Assembly: GCA_973895155.1 (NCBI GenBank)
Contig: OZ316899.1
Coordinates: 9,980,287-10,044,286, forward strand
From: Marsupella aquatica
Lineage: Eukaryota; Plantae; Marchantiophyta
Length of the DNA stretch: 64,000 nucleotides
Direction: 5' to 3'
The notes beneath the pieces are model-generated. The model searched no databases, had not been told where the DNA came from, and saw only the letters and a list, made by a program, of their open reading frames with translations. The position numbers and the translations under genes are program-made. Shown here piece after piece: positions 1-13,505 of the stretch; the stretch's first letter is position 1; each line of letters begins with the position of its first letter.

Positions 1-193
1 CAAAAGTTTAGAAAATGAGGAGATAGTATAACTAACACTAAATGACATGGTCTCACATTAAAACTATTAGAATAGTAAATAACTAGTACATAAGTTACTA
101 TGTTTGAATGAGTGTCGACTATTTACATAAAAACTAGGTAAGTAACTATCTAAATTAATTTAATTATTATAGCTTTGCAAGTAACAACTAAGT

Positions 194-3100
194 CTACTTG
201 TCCATCCTTTGGAGATAACTTTGGACAGTTTGTAGAACATTTCGAGGAATCTTCAAACCTCTGCCTGCCATGTTTTCTTCTTTCATGCCAGATTTAAAAC
301 CATACATTGCAGAATTTGCATACTGCCAATGTTGAGCGTTCTCACCAAACCTTGGATCTCGTTCCCATGTCTTAGTGGACATGAAGCAGTTTAGATACCG
401 TGCACTCTCAGTCACATCAAGTTTAGAGTGTTTAGGCCTCCACCATTCGACTGGAAATGTTGGAGCATATTGTTGAGGCAGAGGAGGTTTGTTGGAGATG
501 TAGTTGGGACTTCATGCTTAGGGTCCACCAAAACCCAAAGCTCTCACCAACCAAAAATGACCTCCATCATTTTTATTCTCCCAGTCATCCTCAGGTCGAA
601 GAAATACAAAGTTCCATTCACGAATATCCTGTAGGGGAATCCATCGTCCTTGTTCTCTCTCAGCTCGAGATCCAACAAATGGTGCTGCTTGATCTTCCAT
701 CTCTTCCAAGACCTCATTTTGAAGAGCCATCATCTCCACATTCTCCTCATCTTCACTTGGAGGACCACTTTGTTCTGGTTGGTTGACCTTGTAACCAGTG
801 TCGTGGTTAGTCTTAGGCCAAAATCCATTTTTCAAGGGAAATTGAGTACTTCCCTCCCCTTCTAGTGAGAGCCCATTTGTCAACAACTCCACAATTCTCT
901 CCCAATATTTCACAAGAGGAAATCTTTCCTTATATGCTATAGATGTCTCATCAGTGCAACTCCTTCTAAAAAAATCAAGGTACTTGTTAAGAAATGGGAT
1001 AATCTCTTCAGATTTTTTGTGTATCTCTCCAATGGATTTAGCCTAAGGGCTCTCCACTAGTAAAAGAAGAGAATTTGTTGTCAAATCTGTTGCTCAAATG
1101 CACCTTCCTCCAACTGGAGCCCAAGCTTGCTTTACATGAGACTCATACTGAAATATTGGTACATTATCTCTCATAGAGAAAAGAAATGATACGGGATTTG
1201 AGTGACCTTGAATATCTTTAACTTTGAAAGTTTGAAGATATTCTTTGTAAGATGCAACTTCTTGTATCAATCTGGGAACTGGATGAATGCTCTCACATTC
1301 CCAAACCTCTGCCATAAGAGCAAGGAGAGTTGCAACTTCCTTGTGCTGAACTTGATATGATATCTTCGAAAAGAGTGCCTCAACATCTTTGTGTGTATGA
1401 CTAACCATTAGAAAAGACATTTGAACAGTTTCAAATACTCCTCTACTCACAAGCTCACTACAAAATGCCATGACAGTCTGGTTTTTGTTATCCTTTGCTG
1501 AGTTATCCATTTGCAGTGTTAGGTGCCTTGGCAAGGGCTTGAAAGATGGACTGCCTTGTTCCCCATACATGTCCCCTCCTTGATCCTCACCATGTTGGGT
1601 GGAGACCGTCTCCATCTGACTCTCGGCTGCATCTTCAGAACCAATATACCTATTCATTGGAATACTCTTTGGTTCCAAATATCCCTTAAAAAATGCATCA
1701 AAGTCAAGAAGGGCTTGAAAGAAAGGTCTATGAGGTTCCAAATAAAGGCCATCCAACATGTCACCTGTCTTGTCTCCATTGTACTCTTCAAGGTCTCGAA
1801 GACACTTAGCCAAGGATGTCACTGTGAAATCAGCATCTCCTGGGCAAAGGCCAGTGACACTAAAGTGTGCATAGACTCCTGGATCCCTTCTGTGGGTCAA
1901 CATCCCTATGAGAGCAATAGGTAGTGGCATCCCATGACCCGAAAGCGATTTAGGAGTACTGACCATTTTTGGAATCCACGTCTTTGCTTGATCCATCTTG
2001 TCGTGAATGCTGCAAAGATATTCCCCTGGATGTTGCTTAGCCATCACTTGATGAGCATAGTAAACATATCTACGTGACATCTGCTCATGAAGATGTTGCG
2101 CTTGTTTTTCTTCAATTTGAGCACGCTCTTTTTTCCTTCGTTCTCGCATCAAACTATCTTTGTATTCACAACAAAGAGTACACTTGGCAAATGCACCATC
2201 TTTATGGAAACTAAAGTTTGCGAATGATTTGCTCCAAATCTTGTATAGAGTATTCTTTGTAACTGGAGGAAGCCCCTCTTCCTTCATCTTTGTTCTCACA
2301 TCTTCCAAAATCTCCAACTTCTTGTAACATGCTGGAAGACGATACTCAATGGAGTCTGTCCCATGAGCCCCAGCATAAGGTATATGAGGGATGGGCTCTG
2401 CATTTCGAGTCAAAAAATCCTCCAACAGAGCTTGTGCATGCAAGGTATTTGACCGTGTTTTCATGGAGCCCGTGTTTCCATGGAACCCAATTTTGCAACC
2501 CTCCACATATCTCCTTTTGTAATCATAATATTTCGTGTGGCTAAAGCCATTGATGATTGCAAATGCATGTCTACATACGACCATACCCTTGAGAACATGG
2601 TGCCCCTTATCATGAACATCATCTTCTCTGTAGTGGAAGAGGTTGAAAATGTGTGATGTTTTTGACTCGCTAGACATCCCATGAAATTATATCCGGATAT
2701 CTTCTATGTCTTCTCTTGGCATAGTCACACAACATTTATGCTTGCAACAATTCTCTCTTTTAATTTCATCAATCGAAGCTTCCGTTGTTTTTGAAACTGC
2801 CTTGGTTTCCAACAACCTTCTCTTCTTTTCAATCGGATCTACATGAGTACTCTTGTTGAAATTGTATGGCCTTGTGCGCGGCATTCCCCTATCATTTACA
2901 TTTGGATAGAGATCATCCCTATCCACCGTCTCCATCCTCTCTGAACCTTCAACCAAAATGTCTGACAAAAATTTCTCATTTGCAAGTAGTTTTGTTGAAT
3001 CAATCCGCCATCGAACCAAAGTAATTACTCCCCTATGGAAATTGGGAAAGTATTGTGATTCCACCACATCTTTCATAGCAATCCCTACATGGTCCTCACC

Positions 3101-3955
3101 AAGGATTTCATCGTCAACCACCGTTGTTTCTTGAGGCACAGTGATGGTCCCCGTGGCAACCCTATTGGTTCGATCTGAACCAATGTATAGTTCGACCAAC
3201 TCTGACATCCAATTTGACCGTTGGAAATAGTCACAATTAGTTTTAGAAATTTCAGCTGAGGGAGACTCCGCAACAAAATTCCGCTCTATGTTGATATCAT
3301 CACCCGCATCCTTCTTTGAGAAACTCTTTCTACTTCGGACATCTGCCACATCCCAGAGAACCCATGAGTCTTTTGCCTCGTCAATTGTTTCAGCCCCGCT
3401 GTGTTTGTAAGGTAAAACCCTACTCCCATGAATGACATTAGTGACCCTCACACTGATCCGTGATTCACTAAGTAAAATGTTGTGACATCTTTCCATTGGA
3501 TTTGTATTGAAAGCAACTCCAAGGGCTACACAACACCCAAAGATGAACATTTCAACCTCATCCCCTTGCCTCAGAGTGGTCGATGAGTCCTCCTCTACAA
3601 TTGGATTGTTTTCCAAATTACTCTCCGGTCGATTTGAACAACTACCTACACTAATGCATTTTTGAGAATTTGTTATCGTTGATAGATATGCGCAAGACAA
3701 ATCCCAAATAATGCAAGAATCAATGGCATCAAAAAGGTTTTCTACCCGAGGCATTGGAAATGGTAGTTTTGTGGTTCAGTCAAAAACTTTCTCAATGAGA
3801 ACGCCCATTTTATTCTCTCTTAACAATATCTTTTGAACACTATCTTGCGGGTTGATTTTTTGAACTTTCCCGCTTGCAACATTGTAACCACCAATTGTCA
3901 ATATCACATTGTCGCCTCTCAAAAATATTCCGGTCATTCCAACAACGTGTTCACC
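194..3955 (-). pseudogene. DDE transposase, DUF7869/Sola-like, broken by stops and frameshifts
   Basis: Collinear ORFs 2687-3754, 1094-2677, 518-913 and 194-415. Motifs CxxC (KCTLCCEYK), IHDKMDQ, LQMDNSAKDNKN and FLMVSHTHKDVEALFS match the DNxxxxNKN...FLxxGHTHEDID core of DUF7869/Sola-type transposases. N-terminal tandem 'VAxG...LP...TIDEAKDSWVLW' units resemble plant-transposon beta domains. Splice acceptor near 3955. Confidence 0.7.
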
Positions 3956-4019
3956 TGCACAATTTGAAATGTAAGGTATTAGTTAACAATGGTCCCAACT
4001 AGGAAGCAGATAGGTGTGA

Positions 4020-5130
4020 ACCCTATCCAAGACAATGCGCAAATAGGGATCATCCCCATCAAGCAAAATAATAGGTCCGTAAAAAATCCTTATCTAGCCC
4101 TAAGATCCCTGATCCCTATTCAGACGTTGGATAGGGATGATCCCTGTCCAGACGGCAGATAGGTTCTGTCACTGTCCAAACAATGGACATAGATGATCCC
4201 TGTAACCGGCGGACAGGGATCATCCCTGTCCAAAATACGGGTAGGGATGATCCCTGTCAGAATAGTGGATAGGGTCTGTCACTGTCCAAACGGCAAACAA
4301 GGATCATCCCTGCCTAGCGGCGGATAGTGTCTATCACTGTCCAAAGGGCGGACACAGCTGATCCCTGTCCAAATGGCGGATAGGGTCTATCACTGTCCAA
4401 ACAATAGACATGGATGATTCAAGGTCCGGATCACTTAGGATCACTCAGCGGTCCTATCTGAAAGTAAAACCTTTCATATTGGGTTCCCATAAAGCAAATA
4501 CCTCAAACGGCGGAGAGGGATCATCCCTATCCAAATGACGGACAAGGATCATCCCCATCCAAATGATGGACAGGGATCATCTCTATCCAAATGGTGGACA
4601 GGGATCATCTCTATCCAAAAGTCGGGCAGGGATCATCCCCATCCAAACGGTGGACAGGGATCATCCCTATCCAAACGGCGGACAGGGATCATCCCCATCC
4701 AAACGGTGGACAAGGATCATCTCTATCCAAAAGGTGGACAAGGATCATCCCCATCCAAATGGTGGACAGGGATCATCTCTATCCAAAAGCCGGAGAGGGA
4801 TCATCCCCATCCAAACGGTGGACAGAGATCATCCCTATCCAAACGGTGGACAGGGATCATCCCTATCCAAAATCCGGACAGGGATCATCCCCATCCAAAC
4901 GGTGGACAAGGATCATCCGTATCCAAAAGCTGGACAGGGATCATCCCCATCCAAACGGTGGATAGGGATCATCTATATCCAAACAGTGGACACACATTAT
5001 TCTTATCCAAAAGCCGGACAGGGATCATCCCCATCCAAACAGTGGACAGGGATCATCTCTATCCAAACGGTGGACAGACATCATTCTTATCCAAACAGCA
5101 CATAGGGATGAACCCTATCAAAACAGCTAA
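4020..5130. repeat. Tandem array (~28-29 bp unit) built on the palindrome GGA(T/C)AGGGAT-C-ATCCCT(A/G)TCC
   Basis: Directly visible, most regular at 4508-5100. GGATAGGGAT is the reverse complement of ATCCCTATCC around a 1-nt centre. Confidence 0.95.
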
Positions 5131-5339
5131 TAGGTATGACCCTTGTACAGACAGTTAACCTCTACACACTAATTTAATGTTTGACCAAAGAAAGGTTGGA
5201 TTGAGATGATCCCAATCGTGAGTTGGGCTGGATACCCCAACCTTAAGTAACTTAGATATACAACTCCTAAATTTGATACCAATGGAATATTCTGGAATTG
5301 AGTTGAAAATTACTTGTAATGGAAATGATTCTTGAACAC

Positions 5340-8300
5340 TGTGATGCCTAGACAGGAATCACTCGGCCAGTTAAGTGGGTAAAGCAGGAAGGCACCCTAG
5401 GAACACCTTAGTATATGGACAAAACAAGGAAAATATAAACAATTAGGGGCAACCATGGAACCCGGGCCGAGGCCGGAGGTAAGGACGTTGAGGGTGAAAA
5501 CTCGATTAGGGTTAGGGCGCGTTAAGCGTCAGCGGCTAGGAAGGATCAACGGGAAGAAGGACCGGCAGAGGAGAGGGGTAAGGAGCGCTTGCAGGAGATG
5601 GTGGCTCATTTGCGAGCACGAACTAGGCAGACGACTACGGGAGGCCAACTACTGTCAGCTGCTTAGGCAAGCACTCAGGGAGAGAGTAGATACCGACGAT
5701 CGACCTAAGGAGGGTATGAGCAACGTCAATCAAGCGGCACATTTCTGGGGATGCCTGTTCGAACGGGCAACTGAGTACATCAAGACTTACGAGGACGAGG
5801 AATCAGAAAGGGCAGCTCGAGAACGGCAGGAGCTCGCTCGATTGTGGGAGCTGCAGAAGACGGCTTTCTTAGGAGGCGAACTCATCAAGGACGAGTTCCT
5901 GTGGACGCCTACTTCCAATCAACTCGACGATCTTCTGTTTTGCAAAGACAGCGTCGTCGGCATCCGAGAGGCCATCAAGAACTGCAACGACATACACTGG
6001 GAATTAAAGGGTAGCACGGAAAGGTGGACCCAGGCAACGGTGCTAGGAGAAACCTCCACGGCAGCAGAGATGAAGAGGAAGGGAGCCGTCAACGATGAAG
6101 CCACCCCGGCAAAAAGAACGAGGTCGGCGGCACCAAAGAAGCCAGCCGGGCAGCAGAGCAGGAGGCAGGGAGAAGCCGAAGAGGAGGAGGTCGATCCCAT
6201 CAAGGCCATTCCAACCAGGGATGACACCTGGAAGGGCTGGGCGGCAACCCTACCGGTGGAGGTGCAACTACATTTTGCACGGGAGGAGGATGCATGCTTT
6301 ACGGCCATGCAGACCAAGAAGTACCAAGGCTTCATGGCCGGATCCGGCTTAGAGGCCTTTGTAAGATTACCATGGCTGAAGCCGGAGGTACCGGAGTCAG
6401 ACCTATTAGAATTCGTGGGGTCATGGGAACCCGAGACCAATTGCACGAGGATATATGGGAAGGATTTCTATCTTACTCCCAAGGTAATTGCCGAAGTGTT
6501 TGGCTTGCCGATAGGCAATAAGACCAAAGTTGATACCAGGAAGACCTTGCCTGACAAGGAGTTCCGGTCGTTCCCCGGGCCATCAACGAAGAATGGCTTC
6601 TTCCGGAACACCTGCACCAACCCGCACATAGGAGAGATGATCGACTTCTTGCGGGTGACCATGCATTGTAACTTGCCGAGGGCAGAGATCGGCAAGGCAC
6701 AGGTCTATCTGGCAGAGAGGCCAGACCCAAGCCGGGACTACAACGGGTACCTCCTCAACCAATTGAAGAAGATCTTAAAGGAGGAGCAGCAGGTAATCGG
6801 CATGGGGAGCGTGTCGCGGCTTGGCTATCACATGCCGCTGTTGTGCCGGTATGCCAGAGGTCAGACTTTTGCCCCAGTACTTCCCCTGCAGGTAAGGGCA
6901 CCCGAGGAAGCTCCAACGCCGAGGCCGTTGGCTGAGAAGCCTCAACCACCTGTTAGCCCTACGATCGAGCAGGTGTTTAGGCCCAGGAAGGAGGACTTGC
7001 CGATGCAGCAACCAGGCATGCAGAGTCTGCTGAAACTACTGGAGAAAGAAAAGAGATCGGCATCGACAACAACAACGGCAACGGCAACAATGCAGGACAC
7101 TACTACAGAGGTAGGCCTACACCGGCTCACAAGAGAAAACCCCTTTGCTGGAGACAAGGAGAGAATCAGGCCGGAATCCAAGCCAGGTGTTCGAATGTAT
7201 GTGGGAATCTCAAGCTCCGAATCTGAGGCAGAATTGCCTGAAGCTCCTACCGACGAAGAGGAGAGGGAGAAGCCGGACGTCCAAGAAGTAGAGGAGGCAG
7301 TGGAGGACTGCAGCCATGATAATTCTGGCTATGGGTCGGACCATCACGTTCCAGGAGTAAGGACCTGTGGCCGGTTTGTCCCCACACTTCCAAGGGTAGT
7401 GCGAGGGGACCCCAACCAGCAGAGTAGCCCTGAGTCTCCCCCACCAGATGTTGCTCCCCCGAGCTTTGACGGCATAAAACAGATGGTGCAGGAATTTCAG
7501 GAGCGAATCAGGCAGGAAGAGGAGGCAGCCCTGGCTAGGGAAAAGGATTTACCAGGAGGAGATTGGCCGGAGGACATCAGGCGGCTAGCCGAAAAAGGAA
7601 GCAAACCTCTAGCCACGATTGAAGAGATCCGCAAGACGGCTTGGGAGCAGAGGCCGCGATGGGCGATGCCGATCACTTCTACTTACTCCACCTACGCTAA
7701 GAATAGAGCCATGGAGTATGGTGAGATGTGTGGGGAACTTGCGCTCGGCATCTTTGGAGAGGAGTTGGAGGTAGGACCCTTTTTCCATAGGGAGCAGTTG
7801 GAGAAGCACCAATTAGAAGAAGCGGTGGCTTTAGAGAGAAGCAAGAAGGACGAGGTCATTCGGCGGCTTAGGAGGATGGAAGCCGAGATTGAAGATCTAA
7901 GGGCGGCCAAGAAAGCCCAAGATGAACTGCGGATTAAACGGCATGAGCTGAACATCATGCAGGGGCAGTTGGACACCGCGCAGGCTGATAATCAGAATAT
8001 CAAGGATAAACTGACTCAGACGCAGGGAGAGTTGGCCGACACGATCAAAGAGAGGGAGAAGTGGAAGCAAGAGCTGAAGAATACAGAGGAGGCCCACATA
8101 ACAGCCAACAGCCGGGCCATGGCGGAGACCCAAAGAAAGGAATGGGCGTTGAAGGGGGAGCTCGAGAAAATCCGCGGAGCCCTTGAGCAGAAGGAGGCCG
8201 AGTTAGGGAAATCCTATCAAGGGATTATGGCGCTACAGTAGGAGCTTGCGTCCCTGACGGCCAGCTTCAAGGCCGACCTAAGGGAGAAGGACAAGATACT

Positions 8301-9992
8301 CGATCAGACTTACGCCAAGATGAACCAGATGGAGTCTGTCATCATTGCAGAGCTCGACAAGGAGCTAAGAGCAACCCGGGAGGAGAGGACTACCTTGAAA
8401 CAAGAACGAGAGGAAGCCCAGAAGGAACTAGAGGAGGCGCGCAAGGACCTGGATGAGACCCAGGAGGAGTTGGAGGAAATCACGAGGAAGATGGAGAACC
8501 TCCAGCGGCGGGCCGACAACCAAACGGAGCGGCTGAAGAAACAAGCCGCAGTATTTAAGTGCTTGTCTTCATCAGGCCCAACTCCAATTGGGGCAACCAA
8601 GTTACCAGGAGTGGTACTGGCCGAAGAAAAAGCCGCGCCACCTGCACCAGTGCCGGAAGTAAGTGGGAAGGGGAAGGGACCAGCTGCCGAACCAGAAAAG
8701 AAGAAGAAGCCTTCAGGGTCAAGGAAACCTTCAGGGTCAAGGAGTAATCCGACTCCACAAGCCGTGGTGACCAAGGAGGTAGAACCAGCACCATCCTCCG
8801 GCATAAATACGGCAATAGATCCCGCTATCATCACAGGTGGGGGTGGTGCGGCCCAAGCCGAACTACTCCGTAATGAGGCCGGTATCCCAGATCCGCCTCT
8901 TGAGCAGGCCAGGGAGACCGTAGCCGAGGCTGAGGCCGTAACCGATTCCCGAGCCGATGCCGACGCCAATGGAGAGTTGACTCAGTCAAGGGCAGGTAAT
9001 CTGTCAGAGAATGAACCTACGGCAGTGGCTGAGGAGGAAGCGTTGGGGGCGTCCATTAAGGATCCACCACCGGTGTCGTGACGGTGCAAGGGCGTCGTTC
9101 CTTTTAGGGAGGGCGGACGTGGAGGGAGGAGGCGTGAGTGGGCAGGGCGGGCGCTGATCTCCAAGTTTAGGATTAGGATCAGGACCAGGAGCGGCCCTGA
9201 CACTTAGCTTAGTGGGATTGCGGTTCCACTGGTAGGAGCAACACTTGTGCTCCTGCCTTGCTGTACATAGGTAGATTCGGGCAAGTAGATTACTGTTAGG
9301 TAGATTAGGCTTACGATGCAAAGAATGGCGGATCCACTACCAGGATAAGTACCTGGGCAGCGGGGAGCTCAGGGCCTCTTTTTTAGCAAGTTTTTAGTTT
9401 GCACCAGCCGGGCTGGGATCAAGTAGTACGAGAAGCTCTCGGTTAGTCATACAGTGACCCTTGTGTATATTCATGTTTCCTCATGCCTAAGAGCTGAATA
9501 GAGTTGGCCTCACGGCTTAGTTCGCAGAGCTTGTGTATGAGATGTACTGTTTGTATGGCAAGTGCATGGTATGACTCAGTCAGAATGAGTCATTTTGCTA
9601 TTTGTGTGTCGCATTAACTTGTGTGAAGAGTGCCCACATCAACCAGAAGGAAGGAAAGTAAGCAGGGGAGTGAGAGTTGGATGTGTCGAGCTGAGAGAGG
9701 TCTTAGCGGCTTAACCAAGCCTATTGGGGATCATTCCGGCGGCGGAATCCAAACATACCTAACAAGACGGAGGGGAAGACAAGGGAAGGCCTAGATTAGG
9801 CCGGCTACGTATCTCATGACCCGATGAAGGATCTGTCCAGTATATGTGTGTAAAATGTTAATAGTAGTAGTAGAAGGTTAGCAGCGTCCCATGCCGCTAA
9901 GCTACGGAAACGGCCTCGCCAAGCGCGAAACCTGCGGGAATCGGCTTGAGCTGGGGGTTTCTTGGGTTTAGGGAGCCATGGGACGCACCACA
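5340..9992 (+). mobile_element. Giant LTR (4653 bp), family 1; 5' LTR of a truncated Gypsy copy
   Basis: Starts TGTGATGCCTAGAC, ends GGACGCACCACA, nearly identical to the LTRs at 15825 and 26683. Followed by PBS and gag start. Confidence 0.95.
5716..9081 (+). pseudogene. LTR-encoded ORF, copy 1 (one CAG>TAG stop at 8239-8241)
   Basis: ORFs 5455-8241 and 8320-9081 are in frame and homologous to the intact 1113-aa ORF at 16198-19539. The frame is open upstream to ATG 5455. Confidence 0.85.
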
Positions 9993-9996
9993 TTTT

Positions 9997-10014
9997 TGGC
10001 GCTAAATGGAGGGG
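9997..10014 (+). promoter_or_regulatory. Primer-binding site (tRNA-Asn-like)
   Basis: TGGCGCTAAATGGAGGGG lies 4 nt after the LTR end and is near-complementary to the plant tRNA-Asn(GUU) 3' end (expected TGGCGCTAGAAGGAGGGG). Confidence 0.75.
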
Positions 10015-10061
10015 GCATTTCTTAAGCCGTGAGATATGAAGTTAGAACGGAAGAGTAGGTA

Positions 10062-10420
10062 ATGACTGACCTTACGCCGAGGGAAGAAAGAGTGATTCAA
10101 CGGGAGAGAGCTCGACTGCAGCAGCTCGCCGGGTGGCATGATACACAGCGACTGAGAGGGGCAGAAAGAGCTGGTAGCTCCGAAACTGGAAGTGGCGTTG
10201 AAGAAGACATACCAGAAGAAGAGTCGGTAAGGAGAAGTGAGTCTCCAACCGACATGGGGGAACCAGAGGCACGGCCAGACGAGAGGCCAGGGACCAGACT
10301 GAGCCAGCGGTCGCGCATACATTACAAGGCATTTCATGGGAGAGGAGATGAGGATCCGGACGAATGGTTGGATGATTTCGAGGGAACCGCTGCAGCAAAT
10401 GGAGAATCGGCCATCAAGAT
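10062..10420 (+). pseudogene. gag: Truncated gag (first ~120 codons)
   Basis: Matches 20530 onward (MTDLTPREE...DPDEWLDDFE) up to ...CCATCAAGAT at 10420, then switches abruptly to host-transposon palindromic repeats. Confidence 0.9.
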
Positions 10421-10429
10421 CAAGATCAA

Positions 10430-10716
10430 TCGGCCTATCCAAGTAGAGGATAGAGATCATCCTTGTCCAATTGCTAATAAAGATCGTCAATATCCTCTGA
10501 TCGAACAAAGATTATCTTTATTAGGAATTGGATAGAGATCATCCCTATCCAAGTAGAGGATAGAGATCATCCCTGTCCAATTGCTAATAAAGATCGTCAA
10601 TATCCTCTGATCGAACAAAGATTATCTTTATTAGGAATTGGACAGAGATCATCCCTATCCAAGTATAGGATAGAGATCATCCCTGTCCAATTGGATAGGG
10701 ATCATCTCTGTCCAAA
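10430..10716. repeat. Palindrome repeats GGA(T/C)AGAGATCATCCCT(A/G)TCC, including a ~100-bp tandem duplication
   Basis: Same motif family as 4020-5130. The block 'attgctaataaagatcgtcaatatcctctgatcgaacaaagattatc...' occurs twice. Confidence 0.9.
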
Positions 10717-10773
10717 CTGTGAGAAAACCTCATCTTTGTTGATTACAAATTAAGATTTTCCAAACTAATATGC

Positions 10774-13505
10774 ATGGATGGGACTATTGCAGGGAGCGAT
10801 CTAAATGGATTGATACCAACAATTTCAGAATCAGATTGCTCCAAGGGAGTCTTGTTGGAGCAGAGCAAACCAGATTTTTGTTGGGGCCTTGAGTTCTCTA
10901 GAGTTGATTTTGATTTCCTTAGCACACCAGAGAGACGGGATCCCATTTTGTGCATAAAGGTCAGAACAGAAGATCAAGAGACTCTTGTACTCGGACCTGT
11001 AGTCTTCAAAGGAATTGAAGGAAGAGGGTTTGTTTCCGTCATTCTTGAGCTCCATGAAATGATACGATGGGTTAAGCTACATCTACCATCAAAGGCGTAT
11101 TCTTCAGAGTTCAATGTTGAGTGGTTTGCTGTTGGAGAACTTGGCGTGATGGCAATGGGATTTTTCCCTAAGTCGTATTCAACTCAAAAGGTGATTGCTG
11201 GAGTGAAGGGGATTCTTCCACTTGACATCATGTATGGGTTTCAATATGTGAAGCTGAATATCCATAAACACTAAGGGAATTATACATTTCCGGTGACATG
11301 GATTTTAAATAATTTGCTTGACAAGGCAGGATTCCTATCTTTGGAATCAGGTGTTTGCCTTGACAAGCAAATTGCATTTGCAGAGGAGTTTGCGATGGAT
11401 AATGCAAAAAAGTGGGTAGAATCATTACCCAAGCCTACAAATGTTGCACCAATAGCGGTGAACGAGCTTCCAGTAGTTGTTAACAAAGAAGTTCCCAAAC
11501 CTAGAAAAATATCTCAAGAGACAACAATAGGGACTGCAGGAACAACGGCTGGGACAAGCACCAAACAAGTGGTAGGGAAGCGAAGACTAAGAGAGAGGAA
11601 GGGTCGCAAGAAAATTGAGACATTGCCGAAGGAACCCGAGAAGAAGCCAGTAGCGAAGAATCAGAAAACTGACAAGACTCTTTTGCGGTGAACCCCTGCG
11701 GACGTACAGATGCTCCCAGAAGATGAGGGAGACAAACTTGATGCCCCTGAGAAGAAGAAGGTCTTAGAAGGAAATGATGTTCTCTAGAGAATAGAGCAGT
11801 ACTATACTTTTGGGATAAATGAACTGTTTTCTATTCCAGTGGAGAAAATTGTGCCTGCACCTACAAGATTATGTTACAGGATGCTCAGTAGTACCCATGT
11901 GAAGCACATAGCCCAATCCATGGTCAAAAACCCTGGACATGAACCTCACGTCGTGGACCTGCTTCCTTATAGTCCGAAGCTTATAAAGTTGCTCCATTTT
12001 GATAGCACGGAGAACGACCGCAAAGACTTTCTTGCAGGAGTGAAGAAAGGCGAGATTGGTTTCTTTGCCATCAGTGGGCAACATTCGGCTAGGGCGGCCA
12101 AGTGGGTTCTCGAATGGGCCAAAACTGATGCCAAGCTCACAGTGTTGGCAAAAAAGTTTAAATACAGGAAGTCTAGATTATTGTCAGACCTTACACCATC
12201 GGCTATATTGGTTGAGCACTCAATGAGATCAAATGCCATCAATTTGACGATGGTGTTTCAATCGTGCTTCAAAGATACAATTGTTCTGCAAGGAAACAAT
12301 TCCTTGAATGCGGAGGACCAAGAAAGCCAAAGAACGGGGACAACAAGTCAAACGCCCAAGAGAATCAAAAATTTCAGGTGAGAAACATTTTTCTTGTTTG
12401 GACAGAGATGGTCTCTGTCCAAGAGTGTGATTGTCCATTCTAGAGATTTCTCTTCCTTTTACTTTTGGTTATGACTTGGATGGAGATGGTCTCTGTCCAA
12501 CAAGCAAGTGATAGTTTGTTGTCAAATCTCATTGATTGTAGATAACTTATTTTCCCCTAATTTTGACTGTAGGATTATTTGGCATTGGCAAGGATGACCA
12601 TGGGGAGAAAAGACTTGAAAAATGTATATTGGTTGCTCTTTGCCGAGAATGATCTTTTCAAGCTCTGGCGGTTAGTGTGCCAGATGTGGATTGATGGACA
12701 TCTTCCTGATGGAACTGGTACACAGGGAAACAAAAGGTCCGAAAAGGGTATAACGGTCACAATGTTTCGTTGTTTTGATGGTGAAATCTCAAGTAGAGAT
12801 TTGACCAGAATTTTGAACAAGGTGAAGTCAGGTCAGGTTTTATTGAAGAAAGATCCTACAAATAAGTCAGATGTTCCAGCAATGGAGGACTTTGCAAAGG
12901 AGGTGAAGATATTGATCAAACTGAAGTCTCTTGTTGGAGATTACTACTTCAAGAAGGATCCAAAAAACTTCCCAGCAGATAGTGATTGGGTTAAAGTAAT
13001 TGAGGTCCTCCCATTGTTAGGTGTCGAGTCGGAGTTGAACAGGTGCCGAAGAGCGGCTGGTGAAGTATGGTTGACAAATTTATTGAAGTCTAATCATACA
13101 AAGGAGAGTGAGATATTGCCAATGACATTGGTGATGCGTCTAGATGATATTTACTGTCAGAAGTTTGGCGGTGGGACAAGTTCTCGGACCCAACCGTGGG
13201 TCACATTTCTTAGTAACAACCTAATGAAGACAGTGGATCCGGAGTCGTTGGAAGAACAATCTCCAACATGCCCTCTTGCAATTGTTGATTTCAACCGACT
13301 TCAACAGAAGGAGTGGACCGAAGCAGAGATTTTGGTACTCTTCCAATACATAGTAGAGCTACCACGGAATCCCACCATTGTTGTGATGATAACTGTCCAT
13401 CCGGGTTACCTTGTACTAAATGTCCTAAGCGCTCTTCGTAAATTAGGACATTCAAAAACTCTGACTGTTCACATTGAGTATGGGAGTTATTACCGAGATG
13501 ATCAA
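10774..13505 (+). pseudogene. ParB/Sulfiredoxin-like domain gene of the DUF7869 transposon (spliced, multiple stops, 3' truncated)
   Basis: ORFs 10774, 11293 and 11839 share one frame, separated by single stops. ParB-like pattern IPVEKI...YRMLSSTHVKHIAQSM...FFAISGQHSARAA. GT-AG intron 12378-12572. Exon 2 continues to 'CPLAIVDF' and is cut off by CACTA sequence. Confidence 0.6.

Larger units (their letters stand above)
1..13505. mobile_element. Decayed large DNA transposon (DUF7869/Sola-like transposase + divergent ParB-like gene + palindrome arrays), interrupted by an LTR element; ends not seen
   Basis: The same 21-bp palindromic repeat family occurs on both sides of the 5340-10420 LTR insertion (4020-5130, 10430-10716) and in the intron at 12378-12572. 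Two head-to-head genes. Left end probably outside the window; right side replaced by CACTA sequence. Confidence 0.6.

Noticed and set aside
4535-5158. Repetitive ORFs in several frames (also 44572-45406, 50778-52066, 54794-55182, 57053-57580)
   Set aside because: Artefacts of stop-poor tandem repeats located in introns or spacers.
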